From: Eukaryota sp. GEM-RC1
Lineage: Eukaryota
Length of the DNA stretch: 64,000 nucleotides
Assembly (NCBI GenBank): GCA_040285855.1
Contig: JAUFOQ010000016.1
Location: 558,001-622,000, forward strand
Reading direction: 5' to 3'
The position numbers were made by a program, and so were the translations under genes. This document shows, piece by piece, positions 41,301 to 51,273 of this stretch. Each line of letters starts with the position of its first letter. Position 1 is the stretch's first letter. The notes under the pieces were generated by a model. That model saw nothing but the letters and a program-made list of their open reading frames with translations. It searched no databases and had not been told where the DNA came from.

Positions 41301-41695
41301 TGTGGGTTCAGAATGGTGACGTGACCAGTAAAGCTCAAGAGAATGAGAGATTCATTTTCTCCTGATAGAAGAGAGATGTGATTGGAAGTAGAGTAATGCG
41401 AAGAGTAGACACCATTGGAAATATCCCATGAGACGATGAGAGTGTTTGAGTAGACAATCAAGAGAAAGAAGAGAGAATCATGCTCAATGATCTTGAGATG
41501 GGTAATTGTGTTAACAGTTGATGGTGTAGGACAAGATAGGAAGAGTTGCGGTGCAGCAGACATCTTGGACCAGAATACAACATTGCCTTGAAGTGATCCT
41601 GTTAAGAAAAATGGAAGATGAGAGTGATCAGCACTACAAGTAATGGTGTGACCAGGGACATCCATCCAGTGAAAGGAGTGTAGTGTTAGTGGCAT
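38345..41695 (-). CDS. WD40-repeat protein, WDR7/Rabconnectin-3 beta-like
   Basis: N-terminal LTGSLQGNVVFW; C-terminal VGDRDGSLHVFD...HTSAVTCLCFSDDGSRLSTFS...VKIW after a helical region. Confidence 0.7.
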   Translation of the reverse strand: MPLTLHSFHWMDVPGHTITCSADHSHLPFFLTGSLQGNVVFWSKMSAAPQLFLSCPTPSTVNTITHLKIIEHDSLFFLLIVYSNTLIVSWDISNGVYSSHYSTSNHISLLSGENESLILLSFTGHVTILNPQTLEVVKSLQNLEFSCDFCSEFSSSSLLVRDASTTDLFLLSEKYNFPRPIDCSLLDSDSFLFGKKLGSQYYLMLMSSSFIVLNVQTFEIVSSVKLFPESTPNDVSFLSFGIRLNSVLTVALAWIDSHIFTFDLKFLNILNIGIDSDDLNPPVYTKMMYLQHSADCLSKFSKFLTDIMEITPAKSEDDFDFAFPAPSSECPSSARSTELSSLEIKYSSSFESLKILNSFISNGFALNNTSIWTFDDVFEFLFLNTQGNIQFVQFSWESVDLHPSNEVLSVTAESLKCWKIMDGVLSISNFNEGSTVRFPLEEVFPGEKLENLKSVLCGKFMVLLIDDSLSLMQIPLDDDVISPDLIVDVIGLTGINPAEVKLNCLGDSHFCLYNSFFALFFEISSFEISPLGAIISNIPSNASHFELSENDFLLFYFDSVCKTLCSICYSKGNKSRCIFDQDFNILNIQEQSSSTITTPTTNDNIFNISTLYCNNQSSFGQLLSTNVLPLFSSFEKLSISPQPLFRHLFSSQTSFAYTTQFPLTSTLTVQQHLVSFPSVKHAPNVFFPFFSLHNSIVTFCLLSMMQLDIAMNVVSLSEDNFCFATLAQNLDLANCPPMALLAFFCQNNCEYIKRSSGLLMDSVVPHLSNTGKSDLYQSVLDSWITFTDRPHPQSREVFLGLIVSLYLLSFTDKSIGVDSSTHLSFIHSLIAKYLNCEHFLELLLLADVLVLFPSVFLSDPNLVTHCFSVYFNLLVNYSDNMTKPQEDACMRVFTCFGGTYSYNFHTFCQITFERISKLIDEDCNTEKTTSIMVIIKILTNMITINRLWLQSRLVEFVKSLVELLRSLDPIVFPMCTRRISSFFDDMCKAFPLLSASDHHQFVVVGDRDGSLHVFDRSHVRPRKPIKHVIHTSAVTCLCFSDDGSRLSTFSANENVVKIWNFVSITKRGIFVKPKCTTVHLLEVLCGDSIHLVWKDDCVIEVVSSVNSVLVEVEPCT

Positions 41696-42029
41696 CTACT
41701 TGTTTCAGCAGATCCAACCAATTGATTGAAGTTGGAGATTCGAGAATTTACCTCGTGTCAGTACATGTACCAGACTGTAATACCATCAGTTCTCAATCCT
41801 GCAAACATGTTTCCTGAATATGGACAAGATAAGGTCAGGATCAGAATTTGTTTGGATTTAATATTTAAATGATTTGCTGTACTATCATTAATAGTATGAT
41901 TTACACTTACTGTCAAACTCCAGTGAACATTTTCAAAATTAACAATTGTTGGTATAGATATTGCAACTTCTTTGATGAATTCATAACTAAGGCTCAAAGT
42001 ATTGACTCATTCAACATCCTTGCTAACAT

Positions 42030-42612
42030 AAAGGCTTGTCTAATTAGTCTCATCAGCAATTTAGTCTAAGTGAGACTAATTCTAAAATTGACCTTTGAAT
42101 TTTGTATATTCGATTTTAGATTATATATTATATAATCCTAATCAAATCTATATTTTTCTATTATTTTCTCATTTTTATATGCCTTATCTGGATGGACCAC
42201 CCTCATGTCTCTTCATGACCAACCGTTGCAGCATTTGGTTTCGTTTAAGCAAGCATCGCTCGACCTTAGGAACCTGCTGTTATTACCTCCGACGAAGATA
42301 ATTGGGATTCTGATGGTATTACGGATTAGATAAGCTATAGTTGGACGTGGACTCTCTTTGAACAATTAAACATCACTCAAATGTACCTTCTTTTTGAAGA
42401 ACATTACGGAAAATATTCTGAGTGTTTTCTGGCTAATATTCCCAATGATCAATAGTTTTGCGCAATGAATAGTAATAAACAATGGTAAAGTAATCTTATA
42501 ATTAGTCTCACCTTTTGAATTAGTCTCATCAGATAATTAGTCTCAGTGGGACTAATTCTGAAAATGATGATGAAGACTTTCTTACAATTTAGTCCCAGTG
42601 GAACTAATTAGC
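42030..42612. repeat. Degenerate MITE-like element with AATTAGTCTCA/TGAGACTAATT clusters at both ends
   Basis: Motif repeated in both orientations at 42040-42082 and 42499-42611; same motif near 1520-1633; no clean TIR/TSD. Confidence 0.55.
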
Positions 42613-43028
42613 CCGTGTAGTGTTGGGCAAAATATAATACTTTCCAATATGTTTACAATCAGTAATCATCTCCTTCAACATGAGATAGGCGGACCGGTAG
42701 TGCACCACTTATGCATATATTGTACTGTAATAAGTGCAATCACAGTAATGTACTGGGTTTAATTCATATCGAAACCGCCTGGTTGACTCGAGACATGAAG
42801 ATGATGTAAAGGTGGTATTTCAACTGTTACTATTTTTGGTATTCTTCTATTTATTTATTGAAGTGGTAAACAAAAAGGCTCTAATGTACAGGTTGTTTGC
42901 TGTATTAATACTAATCAATTCGCAACAGTTAATTTCTTCTTCAAGTATTAGTGAGCAATGTTGGGATCAGAAGAAACAGGATTGAATGAATTGCTTACAA
43001 TATTAACACAAGTTTTATTACATATAAA

Positions 43029-44417
43029 TTATAGATCTAAGATCAAAAAGCCAACGAGAAACAGAACTATCACTGGAACAACACAACGGGCTACAAAAAG
43101 ATTACTTTTGATGAAAACTCAGAAGCAACACCCAAGCTCGAGTGCAAAATCTCACGCTTCAACATGTAACCAACAAAAGAGCAAATAACACAGACGTGGA
43201 AATTACCATTTCCGTTCCAGTAAAAGCGTCAATAAAGTCCAATACTGGTTGACCATTGATCTGCCATCGTTGTTTAGTAAAACTCATTGCACTGGGTGTT
43301 CCAAGTACGAGCATAAGAAGAAATGCTACCAGAACTGATCGTTTCAGTGTCAGATTAAACTCCTTTTCAAAGGCATCAACAATGACCTTCATTCCCGCAA
43401 TCGCTGAAGAAAAAGCAGCAATGAAGAACAGGTTGAAAAGAGAACTGCAAGAATTGAACCTCCTTTCATCCGTAGGAACATATTTGGTAGTACATTGAAA
43501 GCGAGTTCTAATCCTTGACTTGGACTTTCACCAAGTGAAAAACAGAATGGAAAAATAATAAATGCGGCAAGTAAAGAGACCGACATTTCAATCGATCCAA
43601 CTATTAGACAGGCCCGTGGCACATTGCATTTTTGGGGTATACTTTTACCGTATGATGACAGATAGCCTTGTCCCAGTGCTAGTGTGTAAGCTCCCTAGAG
43701 TAAGTGAAAATTAGTCATACTTGACCAATGGAAAATGCCCACAATCTGACACTTTTCCATTGTGAAAAATCTGGTTTAAAAATGAACTTCATTGCTTCCA
43801 GAAAATCCAGTGGTGGAAGCGGCGAGACCAGACAAAACAAGCATCAGCAAAATGAGTAGCGGCATTACTATTTTACATACCCGTTCCAAAAACTTCACAG
43901 ATTGGGTGAGAACGACAGAGCACAGGACAGTTGTTAATAAAAAATATGTCAATGATCGATAGCCTGTTGTGAACTGACTAAAGACCACAGTTTTTCCTAT
44001 GACGCTTTCCACAGCGTAACCAAAGCACCAACCCGTTACCACCAAATAGTAACTGGTGATAGCAATGGTAAGAATTACAGTTAACCAACCAAGGGCTGTA
44101 CCAGTTTTTTTCTTAACTGACCGTAGAGAAGCAATGACCGGACTTTTTGTAAGTCTGCCAAGGGCAACTTCGAGAAACATAATGGGAAACGCCATTACAA
44201 TCAGAACCAATAACTGAGCGATGATGTAAGCGGCACCTCCGTTCAAACCAACAACATACGGAAACCGAATCATGTTCCCCAAACCAACAGCTGCTGCTGA
44301 TAAGGAAACAATGAATGATGATTCTGAGGAAAACTGTTCATCACTGACAGTTTCTTCCGTATCTTGAGTAAAGATAGGAAGGCATTTTTTACTTCGAAGT
44401 AGGGGGAGAAATGACAT
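43029..44417 (-). CDS. NSS-family (SLC6/LeuT-like) Na+-dependent transporter; intron 43695-43720; several frameshifts
   Basis: AVGLGNMIRFPY...NGGAAY...P...LEVALG, YYLVVTGW, GLELAF..LP..F. Confidence 0.9.
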
Positions 44418-44463
44418 TGATGTGTGACAGAGTATTTGGTCAACTTTTACTTTTGAACCAAAT

Positions 44464-45837
44464 ATGGAAGTAACTGATACAGAGTTTGATATCGCCATCT
44501 GCGGTACGGGACTAAAAGAATGCATCCTTTCTGGACTTATGTCTGTAATGGGTAAAAAAGTTCTCCACATTGATCGCAACTCTTATTATGGTGGTGAATG
44601 TGCTTCACTTAATGCCACTCAACTTCTTGAACACTTTCATGATGAAGGAGACAAAACCAGACTTGGACGTAACCGCGACTGGAATGTCGATCTCATCCCT
44701 AAATTTCTCATGTCCTCAGGGGAACTTGTTAAAATCCTCATCCGTACCGAAGTCTACAAACGCTATCTCAGCTTCCGTCTTGTAGGTGGTGCTTTCACAG
44801 TAAAAAACAATAAAATCTACAAAGTTCCCTCCAACGACTCAGAAGCCCTCAAATCCCCTCTCATGGGTATTTTAGAAAGAGAAGGTATACACTCTAACCA
44901 AACTCATTCCAGATGTCGTAACTTTTTACAATTCATTCAGCAATTCTCAGAAGAAAATCCAACTGCCTTCAAAGGATGGGATCTAACCACAAAGTCAATG
45001 AGAGATGTCTTTGACCATTTCTCTCTCACTCCTGATACTGTTGATTTCATTGGTCATTCTATGGCCCTTCATCGTGACGATGACTATCTCTCAGCTCCTG
45101 CTGTAGAAACTGTTAAACGTATCCGCCTCTTCTGTGAATCTCTTGCTCGATTTGGCTCTTCTCCTTATGTTTATCCTATGTATGGTTTAGGAGACATTCC
45201 CCAGGCTTTTGCTCGTCTTGCTTCTGTTTATGGAGGAACTTACATGCTTAACACTGACTTGAAGGAAGTTATCTATGATGATGAAGGTAAAGTAACTGGA
45301 ATTAAAGCAGGTGATCACACCTTCCAATGTAATGCTGTTGTTGGAGACCCTTCGTACTTTTCTGACAGTGTTACTAAGGTAGGACAAACAGTTCGAGCCA
45401 TTTGTATATTAAATCATCCAATTGAAGGTACCAACAACGTTGATTCCTGCCAAATCATCATTCCCCAAAAGCAAGCTCATCGTCATCACGATATCTACGT
45501 GTCCATGATCTCTTCTGCTCATCACGTCTGTCCAAAAGGCAAGTTCTTAGCTTTTGTTAGTACCACTGTAGAAACTGAGAATCCTGAAGCTGAATTACAA
45601 CCTGGTATTGACTTGTTAGGTGATATTGAGGAGAAGTTTTGGTTTGTCTCTGATATTTTCGAACCAACAGCAGAAGCTCAGGAGAGTACCAGTGGGGTAT
45701 ATGTTTCTAAGTCTTATGATGCCACTGCTCATTTTGAAACTAGTGTTGCTGATATTTCTTCCTTGTTTGAGCGACTTACTGGAAAGAGTTTTGCTGAGGA
45801 GATTTTATCTGTTGATTTATCTGAGCAAGAGATTTAG
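44464..45837 (+). CDS. GDI1: Rab GDP dissociation inhibitor; probable intron 44885-44912
   Basis: GTGLKECILSG, HIDRNSYYGG, DWNVDLIPKF, SPYVYPMYGLGDIPQAFARL, SYDATAHFE. Confidence 0.97.
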   Translation: MEVTDTEFDIAICGTGLKECILSGLMSVMGKKVLHIDRNSYYGGECASLNATQLLEHFHDEGDKTRLGRNRDWNVDLIPKFLMSSGELVKILIRTEVYKRYLSFRLVGGAFTVKNNKIYKVPSNDSEALKSPLMGILEREGIHSNQTHSRCRNFLQFIQQFSEENPTAFKGWDLTTKSMRDVFDHFSLTPDTVDFIGHSMALHRDDDYLSAPAVETVKRIRLFCESLARFGSSPYVYPMYGLGDIPQAFARLASVYGGTYMLNTDLKEVIYDDEGKVTGIKAGDHTFQCNAVVGDPSYFSDSVTKVGQTVRAICILNHPIEGTNNVDSCQIIIPQKQAHRHHDIYVSMISSAHHVCPKGKFLAFVSTTVETENPEAELQPGIDLLGDIEEKFWFVSDIFEPTAEAQESTSGVYVSKSYDATAHFETSVADISSLFERLTGKSFAEEILSVDLSEQEI

Positions 45838-46043
45838 AACTAATGTGTAATTGTAATGATTAATAAATCTGGGAATATGATTTGATTCATTATGAACAGC
45901 AAAACTAAACAGATTTAGGTTAATAAATGAATAAATAAATACAAACTACATGTAGAATGGATATTATTTGAAAATACAAATCCATTTGACATCACCAAAA
46001 CACACAAATAATTCACACCGTTTACTCAAGTAAACAAGTAAGT

Positions 46044-47207
46044 TCAACTATTCAATTTGGACTCCAAAACTCGTCGCACGTCACTCGATTCCTTTAGTGT
46101 TTCAACTACCTTCAGTAACTGTTGTGCATACTTTGTTTGATCAGGAGAAGAAGAATTGATTGTTTCAACAACATCATCTATACGCGACGCAATGATTCGT
46201 TCACCAGAACTAGAAGGTTTCCGTCGAAAAGCACGAATGATAGCATCAAGTGTCATGGAAGATTCATTAACATGCTGTATCTTCTTCCTCAACTCTGTTT
46301 CTAACTCTGGTCTATTCGATTGACTTAGAATAAAGTCAGTTTGCACAACAGCATTAGAAAAGGGCAACTTCTTTTGTCTGAGACTCTGTGTCAGCTCGGT
46401 AACCTTGGATCTAGACATTGATAGCTGAGTAGAAAACTGTTGGCAAAGTCGATCCTTCTTACTGATAGAGCTTTGTAAAGCAACGATTTGACACTCAAGA
46501 CGTTTACACTGAGTACATGACGATGGAGAAGGGAAAACTGGTGGAGGTGAGGAGGAATAACAGTGTGGTCTAAGTGTACGATTGAACTCAGCACGTGGAG
46601 GAGTGACTATAGAGAAGTGAGGGGGAACGGGAGTTGTTGATTGTTTTAACTCAGACAGTTGTTGACGGAGTGAAGCTATTTCTAGGGATTTTGTTTTATT
46701 GTCTTGTTCCAGGGACGATATTCTAGACTTATATCGAGACGCATGTAACAAAATATCCCTTTTTGAAGCAGAAGCAGAAGTCAGTGACTGTTTAAGAGAG
46801 GTTGATGTCTGTTTTGATGATAGAAGGCTTTGTTCCAGATACTTGATTTGTTTTTGGGCCTCAATTAGAGCAGTTGCGGAAGATCGTAATTGGGTATTGA
46901 TAGAATTTCGTTGACTGATCGAAAGCTGAAGATCCTGCTGAAGTTTGTGGACTTCTAATGCAGAATTTTTCAACTTTATGGACAATATGTCACTGCATTT
47001 GATTTCAGTTAGTATAGGCTCGAGTTTGACAAATTGATCAGTGGGAAAACACGGCATGTTCTTGTGTGGGATAGCCTGGAGAAGAGATTTTGTATAAGAA
47101 AGACAGTGCTTCAACATGTACTCAAGCTTTAAAGATTTTTGGTAGTAAGTATTGGCAATTTGCTCTAAGTTATCATTTAAAGTGGATGAAGGATCTGAAA
47201 GGGACAT
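46044..47207 (-). CDS. Coiled-coil hypothetical protein
   Basis: 387-aa ORF, heptad-rich. Confidence 0.7.
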   Translation of the reverse strand: MSLSDPSSTLNDNLEQIANTYYQKSLKLEYMLKHCLSYTKSLLQAIPHKNMPCFPTDQFVKLEPILTEIKCSDILSIKLKNSALEVHKLQQDLQLSISQRNSINTQLRSSATALIEAQKQIKYLEQSLLSSKQTSTSLKQSLTSASASKRDILLHASRYKSRISSLEQDNKTKSLEIASLRQQLSELKQSTTPVPPHFSIVTPPRAEFNRTLRPHCYSSSPPPVFPSPSSCTQCKRLECQIVALQSSISKKDRLCQQFSTQLSMSRSKVTELTQSLRQKKLPFSNAVVQTDFILSQSNRPELETELRKKIQHVNESSMTLDAIIRAFRRKPSSSGERIIASRIDDVVETINSSSPDQTKYAQQLLKVVETLKESSDVRRVLESKLNS

Positions 47208-47306
47208 CGCATGTTTGAGACTTTTGACTCAAAACAGTTTTGACAATCTTCGTCTTACTTTTCTTTGTTACACATCTTCACACCCATTGTATGTCAATGT
47301 TCTCAT

Positions 47307-47380
47307 CTTTCATGATGTTAACTCAGTTCTGCTTCTGAAGTGACTTCGGTTGCTCAGGAAGATACTTACCGCCTGATCTT
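47307..47380 (+). ncRNA. Box C/D snoRNA (SNORD38/snR61-like guide), copy 1
   Basis: C box ATGATG (47312); guide CAGTTCTGCTT plus D' box CTGA (47335); cUUCGg hairpin; TTACCGC plus D box CTGA (47373). Confidence 0.85.
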
Positions 47381-47429
47381 TATTGTTTTTTAACTTCTTA
47401 CCCCAGTTTATGTATGTCAATGTTCTCAT

Positions 47430-47503
47430 CTTTCATGATGTTAACTCAGTTCTGCTTCTGAAGTGACTTCGGTTGCTCAGGAAGATACTTACCGCCTGAT
47501 CTT
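47430..47503 (+). ncRNA. Box C/D snoRNA, copy 2
   Basis: Identical to copy 1. Confidence 0.8.
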
Positions 47504-47552
47504 TATTGTTTTTTAACTTCTTACCCCAGTTTATGTATGTCAATGTTCTCAT

Positions 47553-47626
47553 CTTTCATGATGTTAACTCAGTTCTGCTTCTGAAGTGACTTCGGTTGCT
47601 CAGGAAGATACTTACCGCCTGATCTT
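47553..47626 (+). ncRNA. Box C/D snoRNA, copy 3
   Basis: Identical to copy 1. Confidence 0.8.
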
Positions 47627-47716
47627 TATTGTTTTTTAACTTCTTACCCCAGTTTGTAAATAAATACAGTTTTCTTTATACTTTTAAGTTGGTTTCAGAT
47701 TTGAATTAATTTTATA

Positions 47717-48721
47717 ATGACTTTGAAGGCGCCTCTTTCAGCTTCATATACCGATCAATACAGGAGACGTCGATTGCATTTAACAGATCCTACCGCAACA
47801 ACTCTTATAACTGATCGCTCTGCATATCTATCCTTTCTTGAAAATCAACTTGACAGAACAACTGCGTCTTGTCTCACTGTTGATTCATTTTCTGACCGTT
47901 TAAATGACTTTACACGACGATTTGCTTCACTTGAAAGTCGTCTCTCTTCATATTCTCAATCAATTTCTTCTTGTCGAAAGGAACAAGAAGAATTTTGTGC
48001 ATTTCGCATGAATGCTGAAGAAGCTTTTGCGAGAATCAATCATCGCTTAGATAAACTTGAACTCTCAATGAACAAACACCAAGAGAATATTCCTGTTATT
48101 TCTTCACTATCAAAAGACATGGAATTTGTCAAAGCTCAAGCTCAAAAACTTGACTCAAAGGCTGATAAATCCGAGGTTACTGTGGTCTCCTTACACTTAG
48201 ATCGTTTCAAGACTGAATTTTCCAAGCTCACAGCAGAAATGTGTCTACTACAGAACTTCGAGCAGTTCCAATCCCAAATCGATGGTAAACTCAAATCAAT
48301 GTCTGAAACTTTGAATAAATCAGATGCCAAACTTAGATCGAGTGAGTTCTCGTTTCAGGACCAAATGGATCAGCTGAAAAGTATTACAGATGAGCTGAAG
48401 AACGAGAACAAAAGTACCATTAGGTTTAGAAATAGTACACGAGAGACTTTGGAAACTGTATTTGATAATGTTAGTTCCCTGACTGACAGTTTTATGCCAA
48501 TAGTAGCAAAGAACAGTGATGAAGTGGGCAAGGTCAAGAAAAATATAGATTGTCTGGAGAAGTCGCTTGACCAGTGTAATCGAAGAACTGCGTATATGGA
48601 TAGTCAGATTTCTATCAAAATTAATTCACTAATATCGCAGATCAATCAATTTTTTGATACAGTTGCTTTACTTGAAAACAAGGTTCAGTATGTACAAGAA
48701 TCAGTTCACTCACAGGTTTAA
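47717..48721 (+). CDS. Coiled-coil hypothetical protein (3' end may be spliced)
   Basis: 334-aa heptad-rich ORF ending at CAG|GTTTAA. Confidence 0.7.
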   Translation: MTLKAPLSASYTDQYRRRRLHLTDPTATTLITDRSAYLSFLENQLDRTTASCLTVDSFSDRLNDFTRRFASLESRLSSYSQSISSCRKEQEEFCAFRMNAEEAFARINHRLDKLELSMNKHQENIPVISSLSKDMEFVKAQAQKLDSKADKSEVTVVSLHLDRFKTEFSKLTAEMCLLQNFEQFQSQIDGKLKSMSETLNKSDAKLRSSEFSFQDQMDQLKSITDELKNENKSTIRFRNSTRETLETVFDNVSSLTDSFMPIVAKNSDEVGKVKKNIDCLEKSLDQCNRRTAYMDSQISIKINSLISQINQFFDTVALLENKVQYVQESVHSQV

Positions 48722-49931
48722 TTAAAATTTAACATTTAATGATATTTTTTGATTTCCAAGGACTACTTACTAGTAAGTTTTGTCGTTGACCGCTTCCGTT
48801 TTGTTCATTGTTCTTTGGTGAATTTGTTCGACCAATCCAGTCATCCTTAGATTCATTTACATTGTTAATTAAGTGATTGTTGTTTATATTCATAATATAC
48901 GTCATATGAAAAATTGATTTGTTGCTGTTCCATGATCTACATGCAGTCCACCCTCGACTTTAGGTCTGCCTAAGAGGTAGCAAGATGAGGGTATACGGTA
49001 CATGCATTTGTCAATTCTAAAAATATTTATATTCTTTTGATTAGAGTTTGATCATAAGAATTGATATATTTTTACTACGAACCATCGTCTTCACTCATGA
49101 ATTTCTGAATACATAGACAGTGGTTCAAAATGTCTTGAATACATGTATTTGGAGAGGAATCATGTCCAATTTGGAGAGGCATCCGTCATCAACATCATTT
49201 GTATTTATTTGTCACTTGGCTTTAAATCACAATGGCCAAAAAGTTCATCATCGTTAGTTAGGTTGAATCACATACTGCTAAAGTACTTTCAGTGCCATCA
49301 TACATGCTGTATAAAGTTGTTATTGTCCCAAATTTTTTGTATCATTTTTTAATATCACCCGAAAATGCTCAGAAGGAAAATTATGGAACACTACTTGAAA
49401 CTCTCTAAGTACATGAATGACTATTAAATCACAGAACTGACCTGAAAATATGGTATTTTTCATTTTAATTTCAACCATTTGATGTTTCTCTTTTGATCGA
49501 TTAGTGCTGTACTTGTACAAAGACGTTGAGCAGCTGTGTAAGTGAAGAGGCACAAGTTTATAATGTCTGAATCTAAAAATCGTGTTGTGTTTTCCATAGT
49601 CAGTGCAATATGTCATCCAACTTCTCTCGTTTTGTGGAGAAACTTACAAGTTTGGTGTGAATAATACTGTCCAATAACTTAATGTATTGCAAGACAGAGT
49701 TGAAGTCGGCTGGATTTAACCTTGTAATAGTACTTGTTATTTTCAATTTTCAAATTCAAACTTCTGTGGTACAGTTAAAAATATATGGCAATAATGACGG
49801 ATTACAATTGATGGAAACATGTGGGCTCATACAAGTTGGGCTTTGATTCTGTGAGACACTGAATATAGATATACAAGAACTTATGAAGACAAAATTAATC
49901 TGATTGATTCTTTATCACTTATGGTCAAAGC

Positions 49932-50919
49932 CAGGGGTTTGAAATATGGCATGGGCCATATTATGGATTGTGTCCAAATCAATTGCCACCATAATGGCCA
50001 TAATCAATTACGCTTGCCATACTTATGGCCATTATGGACCCCATAACTACAACAGTAATAATACAGTTTATTTTCAATACAAAATAACAAGGTGTCACAC
50101 CTTATATAACATATCTGAACTTCCAATCTATAATAACCTCTTCTTCATCATTGTCGTCTCTCAAAACGGCGAAACAGTTTCCTGATCCCACTGGTCTTTG
50201 TGAATCATTTAAAATAGCTGCCTTTCAAGATTGGCATTAGTTACAGAAAACCATAACAAAACCATTAGCTGTCGCGCACGACTGAAGAGCCGTTCGACTG
50301 GGTTGGGTATACTGTCACTTGTTGAAATGGGAAACAGTTACTTCTCATTTCCTTCTGCACAACTTACAGTAATTAGTGTAAGTGATACTAGTTGTTGCAA
50401 AAACTAATGGCAAATACTTTTGGCAACAAATAGTGTAACTTTCGAAAAACTATGTAGGTTGTTCTTCGGATTTGCTATATTCTTGAGCAACTGAATCACT
50501 GGCTTCTACCTCTTCACTTACTTCTACTGAGGCCTAAACTTGACGACGATCAGAAACTTGGTCAAGACTCGGTATTCGAGCCTTCTGTGTTGGAGGAGGT
50601 TGGATAGTGTGTTAGGATAATTAATTGACAACAATCATACCTCTATTTCCACTCAACCTAGTAAACTTGATCAACAGTTTTTGTCAAGGAATATATTTTA
50701 TAAGTTTTACCGAACACAGAACGCTAAAATCCACTGTTTAAATGTATTTATTACTGCTGTTTCCACATAAGTTGGTTAATTGAAATCTAAAAATATGGAC
50801 CCCCATATATGGCCATGATATGGGACGAATAGCCATAATTGATTTTGACGTTCCATACTTATGGTATGGCCATTATGGGGAAATATGGATATGGGTCCAT
50901 GCCATATTTCAAACCCCTG
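49932..50919. mobile_element. Non-autonomous hAT element
   Basis: 23-bp TIR CAGGGGTTTGAAATATGGCATGG; 8-bp TSD GTCAAAGC; ATGGCCAT subterminal repeats. Confidence 0.95.
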
Positions 50920-51273
50920 GTCAAAGCCCAAACAGATTCGCTGTATAATTATTTTAGTTAAAACACCCGCAGCATCAAACTTCTTCTAGAAAAGGAAGGG
51001 AGATCTTGGTAATTGTGTAGTTAATTTGTTTAACATGTTCAGAGTTTAATCGGAGTTTATGCTCAATCAGTGCAATAAATGTTTTTGCAAATAATAATAA
51101 CTAACAGACACTAGCTAAAGTATCAAATTGCTATCAACTGCAGAATCAAAAAATACACACCCATGACACCCATTGATGGATTTGTCTAGTGAAAATCTGC
51201 AGTATTTTACGATTGTGGGAAGTATAAGAGAAACAGTTTACTTCAAAATGTACTGAATTTGCTTCTACAGCAC

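Larger units (their letters stand above)
47288..47655 (+). repeat. Tandem repeat, 3 identical copies of a 123-bp unit
   Basis: Units start at 47288, 47411 and 47534. Confidence 0.97.

Noticed and set aside
43776..44579. NSS ORF overlapping Rab GDI by more than 100 nt
   Set aside because: The upstream extension is antisense to conserved GDI codons; the ATG at 44417 is more plausible
47362..47500. U1 snRNA gene
   Set aside because: Only the 9-nt 5' motif matches; no U1-70K loop or Sm site; lies inside a C/D snoRNA
47288..47655. CRISPR-like array
   Set aside because: Units are fully identical with no variable spacers; the context is eukaryotic; explained as a snoRNA tandem
49140..49720. Possible hAT transposase core remnant (CTDYG, CASxLTQL)
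   Set aside because: Motifs too degraded to support by eye
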